A stretch of DNA of 64,000 nucleotides from Thermoplasmata archaeon (lineage in GTDB: Archaea > Thermoplasmatota > DTKX01 > VGTL01): assembly GCA_038851035.1 (NCBI GenBank), contig JAWCLH010000013.1, positions 10,970-74,969 on the forward strand. The letters run 5' to 3'. Each line of letters starts with the position of its first letter. Position 1 is the stretch's first letter. The notes under the pieces are model-generated. The model did not search any database. It was given only the letters and a program-made list of their open reading frames with translations, and was not told the origin of the DNA. The position numbers and the translations under genes are program-made. Of the stretch, positions 10,081 through 21,200 are shown piece by piece.

Positions 10081-10979
10081 CTGCTCACCTTCACCTCCAC
10101 GACCGCGAACCTGATGGTCAGGGAGACAATGCCCCTTGCATCCATTCTGAAACCCTCCGGGGTCTGGCTGAGAGACACCTCAGAGCCGGTCAGGTTGGCG
10201 GCCGCGGCCTGCTCCTGAATCGATGCGTTGAGCCACCTGAGCCATCCGTCCGCGTGCCTGGTTGTGGCGTTTAAGGTCACGTTCCTTTCTCCGGGGAAGG
10301 GAATCAGGGTCTCTTCATAATGCAGAACGCGCGTCTCCACGCCCGCGCTCCCGGCCCCCGTCACGGAGACCCCCTCGCCGAAAAGGGCGTATAGGGGTAT
10401 GGTGAGCGTCAGGCTGCCCCAGCGGTCCCTCTTGAACTCTGGCGCCGGGCCCTCCCTGACTGTGGAGTGGCCCTCCTGATGCACCAGCACAGCTCCTCCC
10501 TCGTAGACATACTCTTGCTGCGGGTGGTACATGTTCCGAGAGCGGAAAATCAAGGACCCGCGCGAGAGCGCGAAGAGCTCGTCTGGGCTGTCGGTGTCGC
10601 AGACCTCGAACAGGCTCGCGTTGGCGTCAAAGGATAGCGTCCCGCTAGAAGGCTCGCCCTGAATTCCGAGGAAGGACGTGGTGGTGCCAGAGCTGAGTGC
10701 GATATGGAAGTATAGGCTGCCCGCGGTCTCTCCCTGCGCGAGCTGGTCCTCGACGCCGTCGCGTAGGGCGAAAAACTGGTTCGCAACGCGGCTCATATGG
10801 GCCGCCTCCGCGTCCTTCGACCAGACGGGAACGTAGTACAGAGCCACGGCCGTCAGGATGGTTGTGATAATGATGACGAAGAGTACCGCCGTCACCGCGC
10901 CCGCGACGCCGCTCCGCCGCCCCTGCCACCGTCTCCACGTGCCAGTCGACCTGCGCCTCTTAGTCCTCATCCTTACCAT
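10077..10979 (-). CDS. Small pilin-like protein A (class III signal peptide)
   Basis: RRSG|VAGAVTAVLFVIII, YVPVWSKDAEAAHM, NMYHPQQEYVYEGGAV. Confidence 0.78.
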   Translation of the reverse strand: MVRMRTKRRRSTGTWRRWQGRRSGVAGAVTAVLFVIIITTILTAVALYYVPVWSKDAEAAHMSRVANQFFALRDGVEDQLAQGETAGSLYFHIALSSGTTTSFLGIQGEPSSGTLSFDANASLFEVCDTDSPDELFALSRGSLIFRSRNMYHPQQEYVYEGGAVLVHQEGHSTVREGPAPEFKRDRWGSLTLTIPLYALFGEGVSVTGAGSAGVETRVLHYEETLIPFPGERNVTLNATTRHADGWLRWLNASIQEQAAAANLTGSEVSLSQTPEGFRMDARGIVSLTIRFAVVEVKVSR

Positions 10980-13900
10980 CTCGATTAACCGTGGGGTTCT
11001 TAAACCTATTCAACTCGGTCGCGCCCGCAATGGGTGATGCGCTGGTGGGCCTCGCGCTAGGGCCAGCGCCCCCTCCGTTGGGTCCGGTGCGCCCGTCCCC
11101 TCCCTCTTCGGCAGGCGCCGCGCTCTCTCCAGAACCGCGAATGGAGCCACCGTCCTCGGGCATACCGGTGGCCGCGGGGGCGAGGCCGTCCCCACCGCTC
11201 TCCGGTGCCCCCCCAGCGCCGCGTCCCTGCCCGGTCGTGGTGTTTCCGATTACAGTGACGTCGTCAATGAATATGCCGCCGAAGCCCGCGCCGAGGTCGT
11301 GGTAGTGGAGGGCTAGGTCGTTGCGCGTGACCACCCTGAACTTCAGCAGTATCACGGAGCCCGCCCAGCCTGAGAGGTCACAGTTGAGTCTGGTCAGGGT
11401 GCGGCTGTCGACCCAGTTGTCGCGGATGCCCACGCCGGTGTAGCTCGTCCCGTCGGGCCCCGCGGCCTCGGTGCCCGAGACGTTCCAAGCGGAGCGCGCG
11501 CCCATGTTTAGCTGCCTCCAGCTCACCCCGTTATCGCTCGAGACCTCGACCCTGAAGCCGTCTGGTGGCCTGCCCTCGGCGAACGGGATGTTGAAACGGA
11601 GCTTTGCCGCAAGCCGCGCATCGCGCGCACGGGTGAGGTCAATTGGTATCGTGACCAGAGAGTTGTCTATTCCCCCCTTCAGCGCGTCCATCCCAGGCTG
11701 GGGGTTGTGGTTCCACCAGGCATGCGTCCCGCTGAAGGCGAAAGTGCCGTCAGCATAGTCATCGCCGTAGGTCCGACCGACTTCGACGAGCTCCCACTGG
11801 TCCGTCGTCTGGCCAGTGACCGAAACCGAGTCAGAGCGCCGGACCTTCACCTCGACGTCGTCTATGACCCAACCGTATCCCGTGCCGCCGTCGCAGAATA
11901 TGTAGAGGAATCTCACCCTGACGAATTCATTGCCGACGAAAGGCGTCAGGTCCGCTTCCACGTAATCCCAGCTGAACCTGCCGGCCCCGCTGACGCCATT
12001 CCAGCACCACCTCATGTCGTTCCCAAAGTCGTCCTTCAGATGCGGCGTGCCCCACTCGGAGAGCTTCAGGTTGCTCGGGTAGGGCTGGGTGGGGGCGACG
12101 TATCTGTAGGAGAAGGGGCCGTTGGCGGTGGGGGCCGTCCCGACCATTATCACGCCGCCATTGCTCCCGACCTTCAGGTTGTACTTGTGCCAGAAGGTCA
12201 GCCGCGCGCTCGACGCGCCCTTCAGGCTGAAGGTGGCGGTGGTGAGCCATTTGTCGGAGGGCGTTTCGTCGCCGTCGTTCCAGAAGGGCTGGTCGCCCGG
12301 CTTCTGCGGGGGCGGGACCGGGGTGAGGGCCGTGATCAGAATCTCGTCTATTGACCAGCCGTCGTCGAGGTCGTTGTCGTTGTCCGACTTGAACCTGAAC
12401 CTTATTTTCATCTGGTCCGTGAGGGTGACTGCCCCTCCCTTCGAAATATCGAGCGTTATATTGACCCAGCTCGTGATGTGGGAGTTGTTCGTCCACAACT
12501 GCGTCCAGGTGGCGCCGTTGTCGTTGCTCACCTCTATGTAGGATCTGTCGTCGTTGTCGTCGACGTCGTGCCTGAGCCAGAGGAAGAGCGTCGGGGCGCT
12601 GTGGCCGGTCAGGTTCAGGGCCGGTGTGATCAGACTGTCGTCCTCCTGCTTGTCGTAGTAGTTCGAGCCGCCCGATTTGTAGCACCTGTAGGAGTTGCTC
12701 CCGGCGTACTTGAAGAAGGTATCGTTCTGCCAGACGCCGTCCCCGCCGAGGTTCGTCTTCGTCCACCCGGACAGCGCTCCCTCGAAGCCCTCCTGCAGGA
12801 GCACCACGAGGCCCCTCCCCTCATCCCCTCCGCCCCCCTCGCCTCCGGCGCCCCTCGAGAGCCAGCTTGGCTCGCCAGTCAGTAGGACGTCGTCTATTGA
12901 CCAGCCCTCCGCTGTCTCAGCCACGTCTGCCCACATCCTAAAAGCGATTTTCATCTGGGATGTTGGCTGGATGACGTTAACATCCAGGTTTGAGACCATT
13001 GTACCAATGGCATTCCTTGGATTTCCATAATATCCCAACCATAAATTATTTGCCCAGCTTCTGACACCATACCATGTGAGGCCATTGTCGTTGCTAATGA
13101 AGACGTAGCCAAGGTCAGCGTTCCAGGATGATTCCCCGCCCCAGTAATAGGTGCCCCGGAATACCGCGGGCCTGTGCCAGAAGCTCAGCCTGAGGTTCAC
13201 GTAGCCCGAGGCGTCAATGGTGGGCGACACGAGCCAGTCGTCGTCGTTGTTCCCGTACCTGCCGGTGGCGGTGTCGTAGCAGCGCCACGCGGATAGGCCA
13301 CTGTTCCGGAAGTCGCCGGTCACGTACCTCCACGTGCTCCCCGCGGGGCCGTTGTTGACGACGCTCCAGCCTCCCGCGCCCATCTCCATATTGTCGTAGA
13401 AGAGCACCACCCGTTCCCCCGCCCCACCGGGGTTCTCCGACGCCCCAGCTCCGCCCCTACCCAGTGTCTGGGCCATCTCTTCGATTTGCTTGGATATGTT
13501 TGCGAATACCCACTCCAGCTGCTCCGCGTTGGGCGCGAAGTAGTACCATCCCCCGCCCCCGCCGGTCAGATTGGCCTGCGCCGCGAGGGCTATCATGTCC
13601 GGCTGCGAGGTTCCGACGACGTCCGCACCGTAGCCGATGACGAATATCGGGACCGGCGCGGTCGTGACGGTGGCGAAGGCCGTTGCTCTGCCCGCCGGTA
13701 CACTTGGGGAATCTGAGTTGCTCTGTCCGTCTGTGAGAATCACCATACATCTTATCCTGTTAGCCGCACCATAGTCCCTGATATAAGTGAAACTAGTTGT
13801 AACAGCGTTCCAGAACGGAGTGCCACCCCCGATTCTCATCTTTGCAATGGCATCATGGAGCGCGGACTTATTACTGGTCAAGGGCTGATCTAATTGGGTG

Positions 13901-16900
13901 TAGTAGGGAATCAACGGGGGATTTGGATAGCTGTTGTACGGTCTGTAGGTCGAGAACTCCGCCACCGCGCCCCTGTCCTGCGGCCAGAGCTTGTTCACGA
14001 ACTGCATCATCGCGGTCTTAGCCCCCTCAATCCTCGCGACCGCGTCCCAGGCCATCGAGCCGGTGACATCGCAGGTCAGTATGACGTCAACCGGTGTCCT
14101 CCTCTGGGCCTTTGGCTCGTGCATGTAGTAGGCGCTGTCGCGGCTATGGAACTGGGATGTTATATTGGGCAGGCTCATATTGTCTGTAGTGTTGCGCCAC
14201 CCATTGAATTCGGACCACTCGGCCACTATGTCGGTGTAGACGTCGCCGGCGTCTATGTACTCGAGCGCCGTTTCTCCATTAAGGCGCACAATGGTCGACT
14301 CGTGCGTCCACTTGTCCGCCCCCTCCTCCATGTCGTCGTAGAAGAAGTAGCACTGGATAGTAAGGGAGGCGACGTTGTTGAACTTGAAGACCTCGCTCAG
14401 GATGCCGTCGGGGTCGACCGAGACCGATATTGTGCGGCTGCCCGCGAATATCGGTGTCCAGATGATCTCAGCCACTATCATCGAGCTCCTCTCGACGCTC
14501 ACGCTGACGGAGTTGATGACCGTGCTCCCGTCCGAGAACCGCACGACGGCGTCGCCCCGGGTCCCGCCGGGGTTCCAGATGCGCGCCTTCAGCATGTAGG
14601 ACTCGCCCATCATGGGCTTCATCTCCCTGAGAGGCTGGAGGGTTGTGTGGAATAGGTCGAGGTGGGTCACCCTGAGCTCGGTCCTTGCGTCGTACATGTT
14701 GAACCATCGAAGCACCATGTAGGCGAGCTCGGAGAGGTACTGGTTGTTTCCTTCGTAGGAGATGAAGGACGGGTCCCAGGCGGTGAAGACCGTCCTGAAG
14801 CTGAAGGTGGTGTTCTCGTACCGAATTCCGTTGAACGGTCTAGAGAGGATGATGTCGTCCACGGCGCCCTCGCCCTCATTCATCACAACCTCGAACCCGT
14901 CGACCTGCCTGATTGTCCTGCCGCCCAGCCCGCTCCCCTCCCTGAGGTCCCTCTGCAGGTCGCGGGTCACGGTGTGCCACCTTCCATCGGCGGTGCCGGC
15001 GCCAAGCCCGTGGTGCACGGGCCCTGCGCCCAAGAGGTCCGTGTCGCTGTTTGTGTAGGTCAGGGCGATGTGGGTGCCCAGCGTGTCGGTCACGTGCCAG
15101 ACGAATGTGTAGTTGATGTCGAACCTGAAGCTCCAGCTCGCAGTCAGCCTCTCCCTCTCGTTCCAAGGCAGGTCGTTCGGGTTCTGGTCGCTGCCGAAGG
15201 CGAAGTCGCCGATAATGAAGTATGTGTCCTGCGCGCTCGCCCCTGTCCTGGCGAGGCGAATCACGCTCGAGCCCCGCTGAAAATCAAAAACATTGTTTAT
15301 AGAGGCTGAGGTTAGTGGCGGCACCACCCTCGCCGCCCACCCCTCCGTGTCGCCGTCCTCTGCGTCCTCAAGAAAGACCTCGTTCGGAGAGTCCGGGGAG
15401 GGCATCGGGGACTGGTAGGTCACTCCCCGGCCGTCGATATAGGGCAGCAGCAGTCTCCCCTTGTCGGCGGAGGTCGGCTGGGCTGGGTAGCGGACTCCGT
15501 GGGCTATTGGGTCGAGGTACGCGCCCTCTATCATGCCCGGCGTCCTCGCGCTGCCCGGGTCCACGACGCTCCCGATGCGCAAGTAATCCCTGTAGAACGG
15601 TTCCGCGCCGCCGGCGTAGTTCCCGTCAGGAATCGCGCGCGGGCCAAGGAGCCAGAGATACCTGCCGTCCCCTCTTCCAAGGAAGGAGGCGAGGCTCGTC
15701 CTGTCCGTGGCGGTGAGAGCGTTCGCCTGCTCCCCGGCGACCCATATTAAGGCGTTGTAAAGCGACATCTTTGCCGGGTCCGGGCCGTCTTCGCCTACAT
15801 TCACCACGTGCAGGTCGTACTGATACCCCAGCTCGTCAAGGGCGCGGGTCACATTGGCGGTGGAGTTGTAGGAGCTCCCCCCGTTGTTGGCGCTCCCGTC
15901 GTCGTCTATAACGAGCGTGCCGTATCTCACGTATAGGAACTCACGGTTCATGCTGGCCGAGACTTTGTTGTTGTTCTCGTTTATCTCTGATATGTAGTCG
16001 TAGGGGTCCACCTTTCCTGTTATCGTATGGGCCCCGATTCTATCCGCGGTCCAGACCATCGAAATTTTTATGAAGCCGCCCCCGCCCGGGACCCTGAGGC
16101 TGGCGTTGGTCGTGTCCTGGGGAATCCATATTTCCGAGGTCGGGGGGTTGAATGTGGTCAGGGAGCCGTTCAGCTCTATCATGACCGACTTCGGAGCGAA
16201 GGTCGCGCCGTCGATGTAGAACGCGACCTGCAGCTGGGGCCGGCTGACGTCGAGGGGCTCGTCGCTCAGGCCGTTGTTGCGGAGGTAGATGGTTATGTTC
16301 ACATCCTCCATGAACGCCGGCGCGCTCTTGTCGAACTGCTGGTCGGAGACCGCCAGGTCCCTGCCCCAGCTCGCTAGACAGCCGAACCAGTTGAGCATCT
16401 CGTATGTAATCATCGCCCTTTCGTTGGCCTCGGCGACCCGAGAGAGCTCGAAGCCGAAGAAGGCGGTCTGGAACGTGTTGGCTCCGGGTGTGCCATTAGT
16501 CGTTGCATTGAATAGGAGCCCGAGAGCCCTGTAGGGGTCCCCGGCCTCCGTGAAGGCGGGAACCGCTTTGCCCGAGAGGGGCTCCATGAAGTCCGCCCTG
16601 TCTGGAAGTCCGGAGGGAAAAGGCTTGGCCACGACGAAGCTCCTGCCGCTCAGAATTCCATTGCCGAGAATCTGTTGGGGCGTGTAGCGGTCGTAGAATG
16701 TGGTCGGCGTCAGTGGCGAGACCTTCATATAATTATTGAGGAACGGGTCGCCGCGCCCCAGACTGCTCAGGACGTCCTGACCTATCAGCCACAGCTTGCC
16801 CCCGTTGTTTAAAAATGTGGCCAGGTTGCTCTTGTCGTTTGAGGTTAGGGTCCCCACGCTCTCGTAGCCCGTGAGCCATATCACGAGGTCGTAGTCCCTG

Positions 16901-18252
16901 AGGGGGTGGGTCCCGCCGTCGTAGAGAGGCCCATCACCCGTTGGGACTACATGGGTCGTGTAGGAGGCCGCAACAGCGTCCAGCGACTCCTTCATATACA
17001 TTCCCACGTCCCTCACCGAGCCCTCGATGGCCCGGTCGTCGTCCACGAGCAGAATCGTCGGCAGGACCTCGAGCTGAATCGACTGCTCGTCGGGGAGCCC
17101 GTATGGGTCGGAGGCGTTGACAATCAGAGTGTGGATGCCGCCCCGCGGGGCCCTCCAGACAATGATCGAGTAGGACTCTCCTCCAACGGGAATGCTCAGG
17201 TTGTGCTCCACCCCGACCATGTCTCCGGGCGAGGTGCCGTCGAGGTAGTAGGTGACGTTGGCGAGCGCCGGGACGCCGCCCTGATTTGCGATGCGGGCGG
17301 TGATGTTAACATAGGCTCCATGTACGGGGTGCCTTGGATATACGTCAATCGAGCGAATTCTGAGGACCGGGTTGCCAGGGTGCATGGCGATGACGGTGTA
17401 GCCCACGCGATAACTCTTCGTGGCGTAGTTATTCCCGTAGCGAGACTCGTTCAGGAGGGGAACAACCCTCACAGTGATGGTGTGGATGCCCCAGCTCCCC
17501 GCGGGGATTTTGTAAACCGTGGACAGGTTGGCACTGGAGCTCCCGTTGAGCGCCAGGGTGGCATTCATCACTGGGAAGCTCTTCCGGTCTATGGTCGAGT
17601 AGTCGCTGATTCTGACCACGAAGTCGCCCGAGTAGGCGGAGCCGTAGTTGTGCACCGTCACATTGACCGTCACATTGTCCCCGGCCATCGGAGCGTTCGT
17701 GTCGTTGAATGTGGCGTTATTAAATAGAACGACTATATCCGCGGGCGTCAGGCCGAGGTCTGGGAGCCCCCCCGTCTCCGGTCCCTTCTGAAGAACCTGG
17801 TCCAGGAGAATCACGCTGTGCGCCGTGTCTATGACCTGTATCTTCAGCCTGTCGGATGGGCTTGTGTTGAAGGGCATGGTCCAGCGCTCCCCCATCCCGA
17901 GGGACGCGTCCCCACCGGTCCCATCGGTGAGGTTGTAGCCCGACACGAACGTCTCGTTTACGAAGAGAGCAAAACGTGTCGTGTGGTTGTGGAGGGTGTC
18001 ACCGCCCATGTGCGTGATTGTGATTATCTGGCCGTCATAGGCCGCCTCGAGGTCCACCGTGACGCTGTCAGACGGTCCTTGCACTGTGCTGAGCTGGAGC
18101 GCCAGCGCAGTCACCATCACCACGGACATCGCGACGAGCAGGAGGTCGCCGATGACCTCGGCCGCGCCTCTGCGGTCCCCGGAGATCCTCCGGAATTCCG
18201 CGGTTCCTCCAGCGACTGGTCCGAGTGTCCTTACGCTCCTCCACGAGCTCAT
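10960..18252 (-). CDS. Giant type IV pilin-like adhesin 3 (2430 aa): pilin N-terminus, CARDB repeats, vWA domain, jelly-roll (MAM/cleaved-adhesin-like) domains
   Basis: DRRG|AAEVIGDLLLVAMSVV; ITHMGGD; CARDB ends (VDPYDYISEINENNN); vWA DVTGSM...GGTP...LTDG; modules FYDNME...LVSP.ID...LSFWH...GWSIDDV. Confidence 0.85.
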   Translation of the reverse strand: MSSWRSVRTLGPVAGGTAEFRRISGDRRGAAEVIGDLLLVAMSVVMVTALALQLSTVQGPSDSVTVDLEAAYDGQIITITHMGGDTLHNHTTRFALFVNETFVSGYNLTDGTGGDASLGMGERWTMPFNTSPSDRLKIQVIDTAHSVILLDQVLQKGPETGGLPDLGLTPADIVVLFNNATFNDTNAPMAGDNVTVNVTVHNYGSAYSGDFVVRISDYSTIDRKSFPVMNATLALNGSSSANLSTVYKIPAGSWGIHTITVRVVPLLNESRYGNNYATKSYRVGYTVIAMHPGNPVLRIRSIDVYPRHPVHGAYVNITARIANQGGVPALANVTYYLDGTSPGDMVGVEHNLSIPVGGESYSIIVWRAPRGGIHTLIVNASDPYGLPDEQSIQLEVLPTILLVDDDRAIEGSVRDVGMYMKESLDAVAASYTTHVVPTGDGPLYDGGTHPLRDYDLVIWLTGYESVGTLTSNDKSNLATFLNNGGKLWLIGQDVLSSLGRGDPFLNNYMKVSPLTPTTFYDRYTPQQILGNGILSGRSFVVAKPFPSGLPDRADFMEPLSGKAVPAFTEAGDPYRALGLLFNATTNGTPGANTFQTAFFGFELSRVAEANERAMITYEMLNWFGCLASWGRDLAVSDQQFDKSAPAFMEDVNITIYLRNNGLSDEPLDVSRPQLQVAFYIDGATFAPKSVMIELNGSLTTFNPPTSEIWIPQDTTNASLRVPGGGGFIKISMVWTADRIGAHTITGKVDPYDYISEINENNNKVSASMNREFLYVRYGTLVIDDDGSANNGGSSYNSTANVTRALDELGYQYDLHVVNVGEDGPDPAKMSLYNALIWVAGEQANALTATDRTSLASFLGRGDGRYLWLLGPRAIPDGNYAGGAEPFYRDYLRIGSVVDPGSARTPGMIEGAYLDPIAHGVRYPAQPTSADKGRLLLPYIDGRGVTYQSPMPSPDSPNEVFLEDAEDGDTEGWAARVVPPLTSASINNVFDFQRGSSVIRLARTGASAQDTYFIIGDFAFGSDQNPNDLPWNERERLTASWSFRFDINYTFVWHVTDTLGTHIALTYTNSDTDLLGAGPVHHGLGAGTADGRWHTVTRDLQRDLREGSGLGGRTIRQVDGFEVVMNEGEGAVDDIILSRPFNGIRYENTTFSFRTVFTAWDPSFISYEGNNQYLSELAYMVLRWFNMYDARTELRVTHLDLFHTTLQPLREMKPMMGESYMLKARIWNPGGTRGDAVVRFSDGSTVINSVSVSVERSSMIVAEIIWTPIFAGSRTISVSVDPDGILSEVFKFNNVASLTIQCYFFYDDMEEGADKWTHESTIVRLNGETALEYIDAGDVYTDIVAEWSEFNGWRNTTDNMSLPNITSQFHSRDSAYYMHEPKAQRRTPVDVILTCDVTGSMAWDAVARIEGAKTAMMQFVNKLWPQDRGAVAEFSTYRPYNSYPNPPLIPYYTQLDQPLTSNKSALHDAIAKMRIGGGTPFWNAVTTSFTYIRDYGAANRIRCMVILTDGQSNSDSPSVPAGRATAFATVTTAPVPIFVIGYGADVVGTSQPDMIALAAQANLTGGGGGWYYFAPNAEQLEWVFANISKQIEEMAQTLGRGGAGASENPGGAGERVVLFYDNMEMGAGGWSVVNNGPAGSTWRYVTGDFRNSGLSAWRCYDTATGRYGNNDDDWLVSPTIDASGYVNLRLSFWHRPAVFRGTYYWGGESSWNADLGYVFISNDNGLTWYGVRSWANNLWLGYYGNPRNAIGTMVSNLDVNVIQPTSQMKIAFRMWADVAETAEGWSIDDVLLTGEPSWLSRGAGGEGGGGDEGRGLVVLLQEGFEGALSGWTKTNLGGDGVWQNDTFFKYAGSNSYRCYKSGGSNYYDKQEDDSLITPALNLTGHSAPTLFLWLRHDVDDNDDRSYIEVSNDNGATWTQLWTNNSHITSWVNITLDISKGGAVTLTDQMKIRFRFKSDNDNDLDDGWSIDEILITALTPVPPPQKPGDQPFWNDGDETPSDKWLTTATFSLKGASSARLTFWHKYNLKVGSNGGVIMVGTAPTANGPFSYRYVAPTQPYPSNLKLSEWGTPHLKDDFGNDMRWCWNGVSGAGRFSWDYVEADLTPFVGNEFVRVRFLYIFCDGGTGYGWVIDDVEVKVRRSDSVSVTGQTTDQWELVEVGRTYGDDYADGTFAFSGTHAWWNHNPQPGMDALKGGIDNSLVTIPIDLTRARDARLAAKLRFNIPFAEGRPPDGFRVEVSSDNGVSWRQLNMGARSAWNVSGTEAAGPDGTSYTGVGIRDNWVDSRTLTRLNCDLSGWAGSVILLKFRVVTRNDLALHYHDLGAGFGGIFIDDVTVIGNTTTGQGRGAGGAPESGGDGLAPAATGMPEDGGSIRGSGESAAPAEEGGDGRTGPNGGGAGPSARPTSASPIAGATELNRFKNPTVNRDGKDED

Positions 18253-21200
18253 TCTGAATCACCTCCAGTCAGTTCCCTTTCAAATCTCGCGGGTGCGGCG
18301 CTCGCAGGAACCTGAATTCTAGGCACGCTCGTCCCTGCCGGTCTCGGGCCGAGGATACGGTCCCCCGAACCCTCCCCGTGGGAGGGCGCGCCAGCCCAGT
18401 CGTCCATGACTCCTGTGGCGCCAGCTCCGGGAGCAGCGTCATCGCCCGCCGTCCCCGGGAGGCCCCTCCCTCCAGTGGTGGAGTTCCCGAAAACAGTGAC
18501 GTCGTCTATGTATAAACCGCCCCAGCCCGTCACCGACTCGTAGTGGTTGATCGTGTCCGCGCGGGTCACGACCCTGAACCTCAGGTGAATCACCGAGCCC
18601 GCCCAGCCCGTTAGGTCGCAGTTGAGCCGGGCGAGCGATGTGGAGAGGACCCAGTTCCCTCCGATGTTAACGCCCGTGAAGCTCTTCCCGTCCGGGCCCG
18701 CGGGCTCCGTCCCCGACACCTTCCAGGCCGCGCGGACGCCGAAGTGAATCGGCCTCCACGTTACTCCTCCATCGTCCGAGACCTCGACCCTGAAGCCATC
18801 GGGGGGCCTGCCCTCCGTATAGTTGATGTTGAATTTGAATTTGCATATCAGGGTGGCGTCTCTCGCGTTGGTGAGGTCGATGGGCGGGGTTATCAGGTAG
18901 TTGTCCAGCCCGCCCTTCAGATAGTCCACGCTCGCGCTCGGGTTGTGGCAGAGCCAGGCGTACTGCCCGCTGTAGGCATCGGCGAAGTCGCCTCCGCCAC
19001 CCAGAACATCGCCCTTCTTGACGAGCTCCCACTGGTCGGTCGAGGTCGTCTGAACGGCCGCGGAGTTGCTACGGGTCACCTTGACCTCCACATCGTCAAT
19101 GAGCCAGCCCTTCCCGCCCCCCCCTCCAGCGCGAATGTAGGCGAACATCACCCTGACGTACTGCTGGCCGCAGAACTTGTTCAGGCTGACCTCCGCATAC
19201 TCCCAGTCAAATGTTCCCCTGCCGCTGATGCCGTTCCAGCACCAGCGAATCTCGTTCCCGAGGTCGTCCAGGCGCGTCACGCTCGTCCTTATGTTGCCGG
19301 TGTAGGACTGGGACGGTGTCACGTATTCGTAGGTAAAGGTCACGTTGTTCACTGACGTCCCCACGAGCACGACCGCGCCGCTCCAGCCCATCGAGAGGTG
19401 GTATTTGTGCCAGAAGCAGAGCCTGGCTGATGTCACGCCCTGGAGGCTGAAGGACTGAGTTAGGGCGTAGAGGTCCTCGGCGCCCGGAATGTTGGGGGAG
19501 CGGCCTGAGGCCGGGCCCTCCGGTCCTGAAGAGTCTGACGGGGCCTGGCTCTTCCCGGGGGTCGTGGGCGCGCTCTCCGAGCCTCCATCCTCTGGAGCTC
19601 CTCCGCCTCCGCCGGCCCCGCCGCCGTCGAACGAGCCGCCCGCGCTCCTCGCGAGGGAGAGCGAGGCCAGCTCTTCCGCAAGCTCGTCGAAGACGCCCAT
19701 CAGGTCAGCGCTGCTGGGGGCGTAAAAGTACTTCCCCTTTGGCGATGTCGTAGCGATGCGATAGAGGTTGTACTCGGGCGTGCCCGACTCGAGCGAGCCG
19801 GGGCCGGTGTAGACCGAGCCCGCGCGGTCGAAGTTGCTGACGGACGATATTGTGCTGAAATATGGCAGGTTCGGGTCGTGCTCGAGGTTTATGCCGATGG
19901 TGAAGACGGTCATCGGGGCGTTCAGGAGGCCGTCGGCGGTGTTGCAGCCGCCGGTGTAGGTTTGGTTGTACCAGTAGCCCGCGACGCCCGCCTTGCCGAA
20001 GTATTTCCCTATGTGATAGGTGAAATAGCCCCTCGTCCCCCAGTTTATCCAAGGGCAGAATCCCGGGTTGGCCAGATTCCCGTTGCTGCCCTTCTCGATG
20101 TTGTTGTAATCATCTGGGTTTTTCGGAGGGTCCTTGATGTTGGAGTCGTCGCCCTGGTAGTCCTGACCGTCGCACAGCGCAACCACCACGGGAACCCTGT
20201 CCGCGGAGCGGTAGTCCCAGGTGTAGTTCATCGCCTCGCCGAATGTCTGCCATATCGGCGTCCAGGCCTGGCACGAGAGGGTATTGATTGTGTTTACGAC
20301 CGTGGTCCTCCCGGCGGCGTTGAGCTGCGTGAAGCCGAGGACGAACCTCTGTCCCGGGTTCTGCGCGAGCTTGAATATCGCCACCCTCGAGTCGTTTCCG
20401 AGGCCCTGTATCAGGGCGAGCGCGGCGTTCTTCTCGTCCTGCAGGGGCTGGCCCGCCATCGAGTTGGAGGTGTCGAAAACGAGGGTCAGGTCCACCGGCG
20501 GCCCCGGCTCCCTGAGCTTGAAGGAGGAGTTCATCGAGTGGAAGTCGTCGAAGGTCTGGCGGAAGCCGCGGAGCTCCTGCCATGACGACGCCACGTTCGT
20601 GGACACGTTCCCTATGTCCATGTACTCGAGGGCCGACTCTCCGTTAATGCGCACGATCGTCGACTCGTGCCTCCAGTGCCCCGTCCCGTTCTCCATGTCG
20701 TCGAAGAAGAAATAGGTCCGGAGCCCCACGGAGGCGCGGTCGTTGAACCTGAATATCTCTTTGACCACTCCGTCGGGGTCCATCACGACCGATATCACTC
20801 TCTCACCGGCGAAGAGCGGGGTCCAGATGATCTCGGTCATGGTCGTTCCGCCGGGCGCTATCGAGGCGAAGGCCGTTCCTATGACCGTACTCCCGTCCAG
20901 GAAGCGCACTGAGCAGTCGCCCCTAGAGCCGCCCTCGTTGCGTAGGGACGCCTTCACAACGTAAGAGCTCCCCATGGAAGGGCTCATCCAGGAGAGGGGG
21001 GTCATGTTCCCGAAGTACAGGTCCACTTCGGTCACCCTGAGCTCTATGCGGATGTCGGGCATCCCGAGCCAGTGCAGCGCGAGGTAGGTGAACTCGGCCT
21101 CGTACTCCTCCTCGCCCACCCCAACCCTCCCGGCTATGAATGACAGGTCCCAGCCGCACCAGATGGTCTTGTAACCCATTGACGGGGATTCGTAGCTGAC

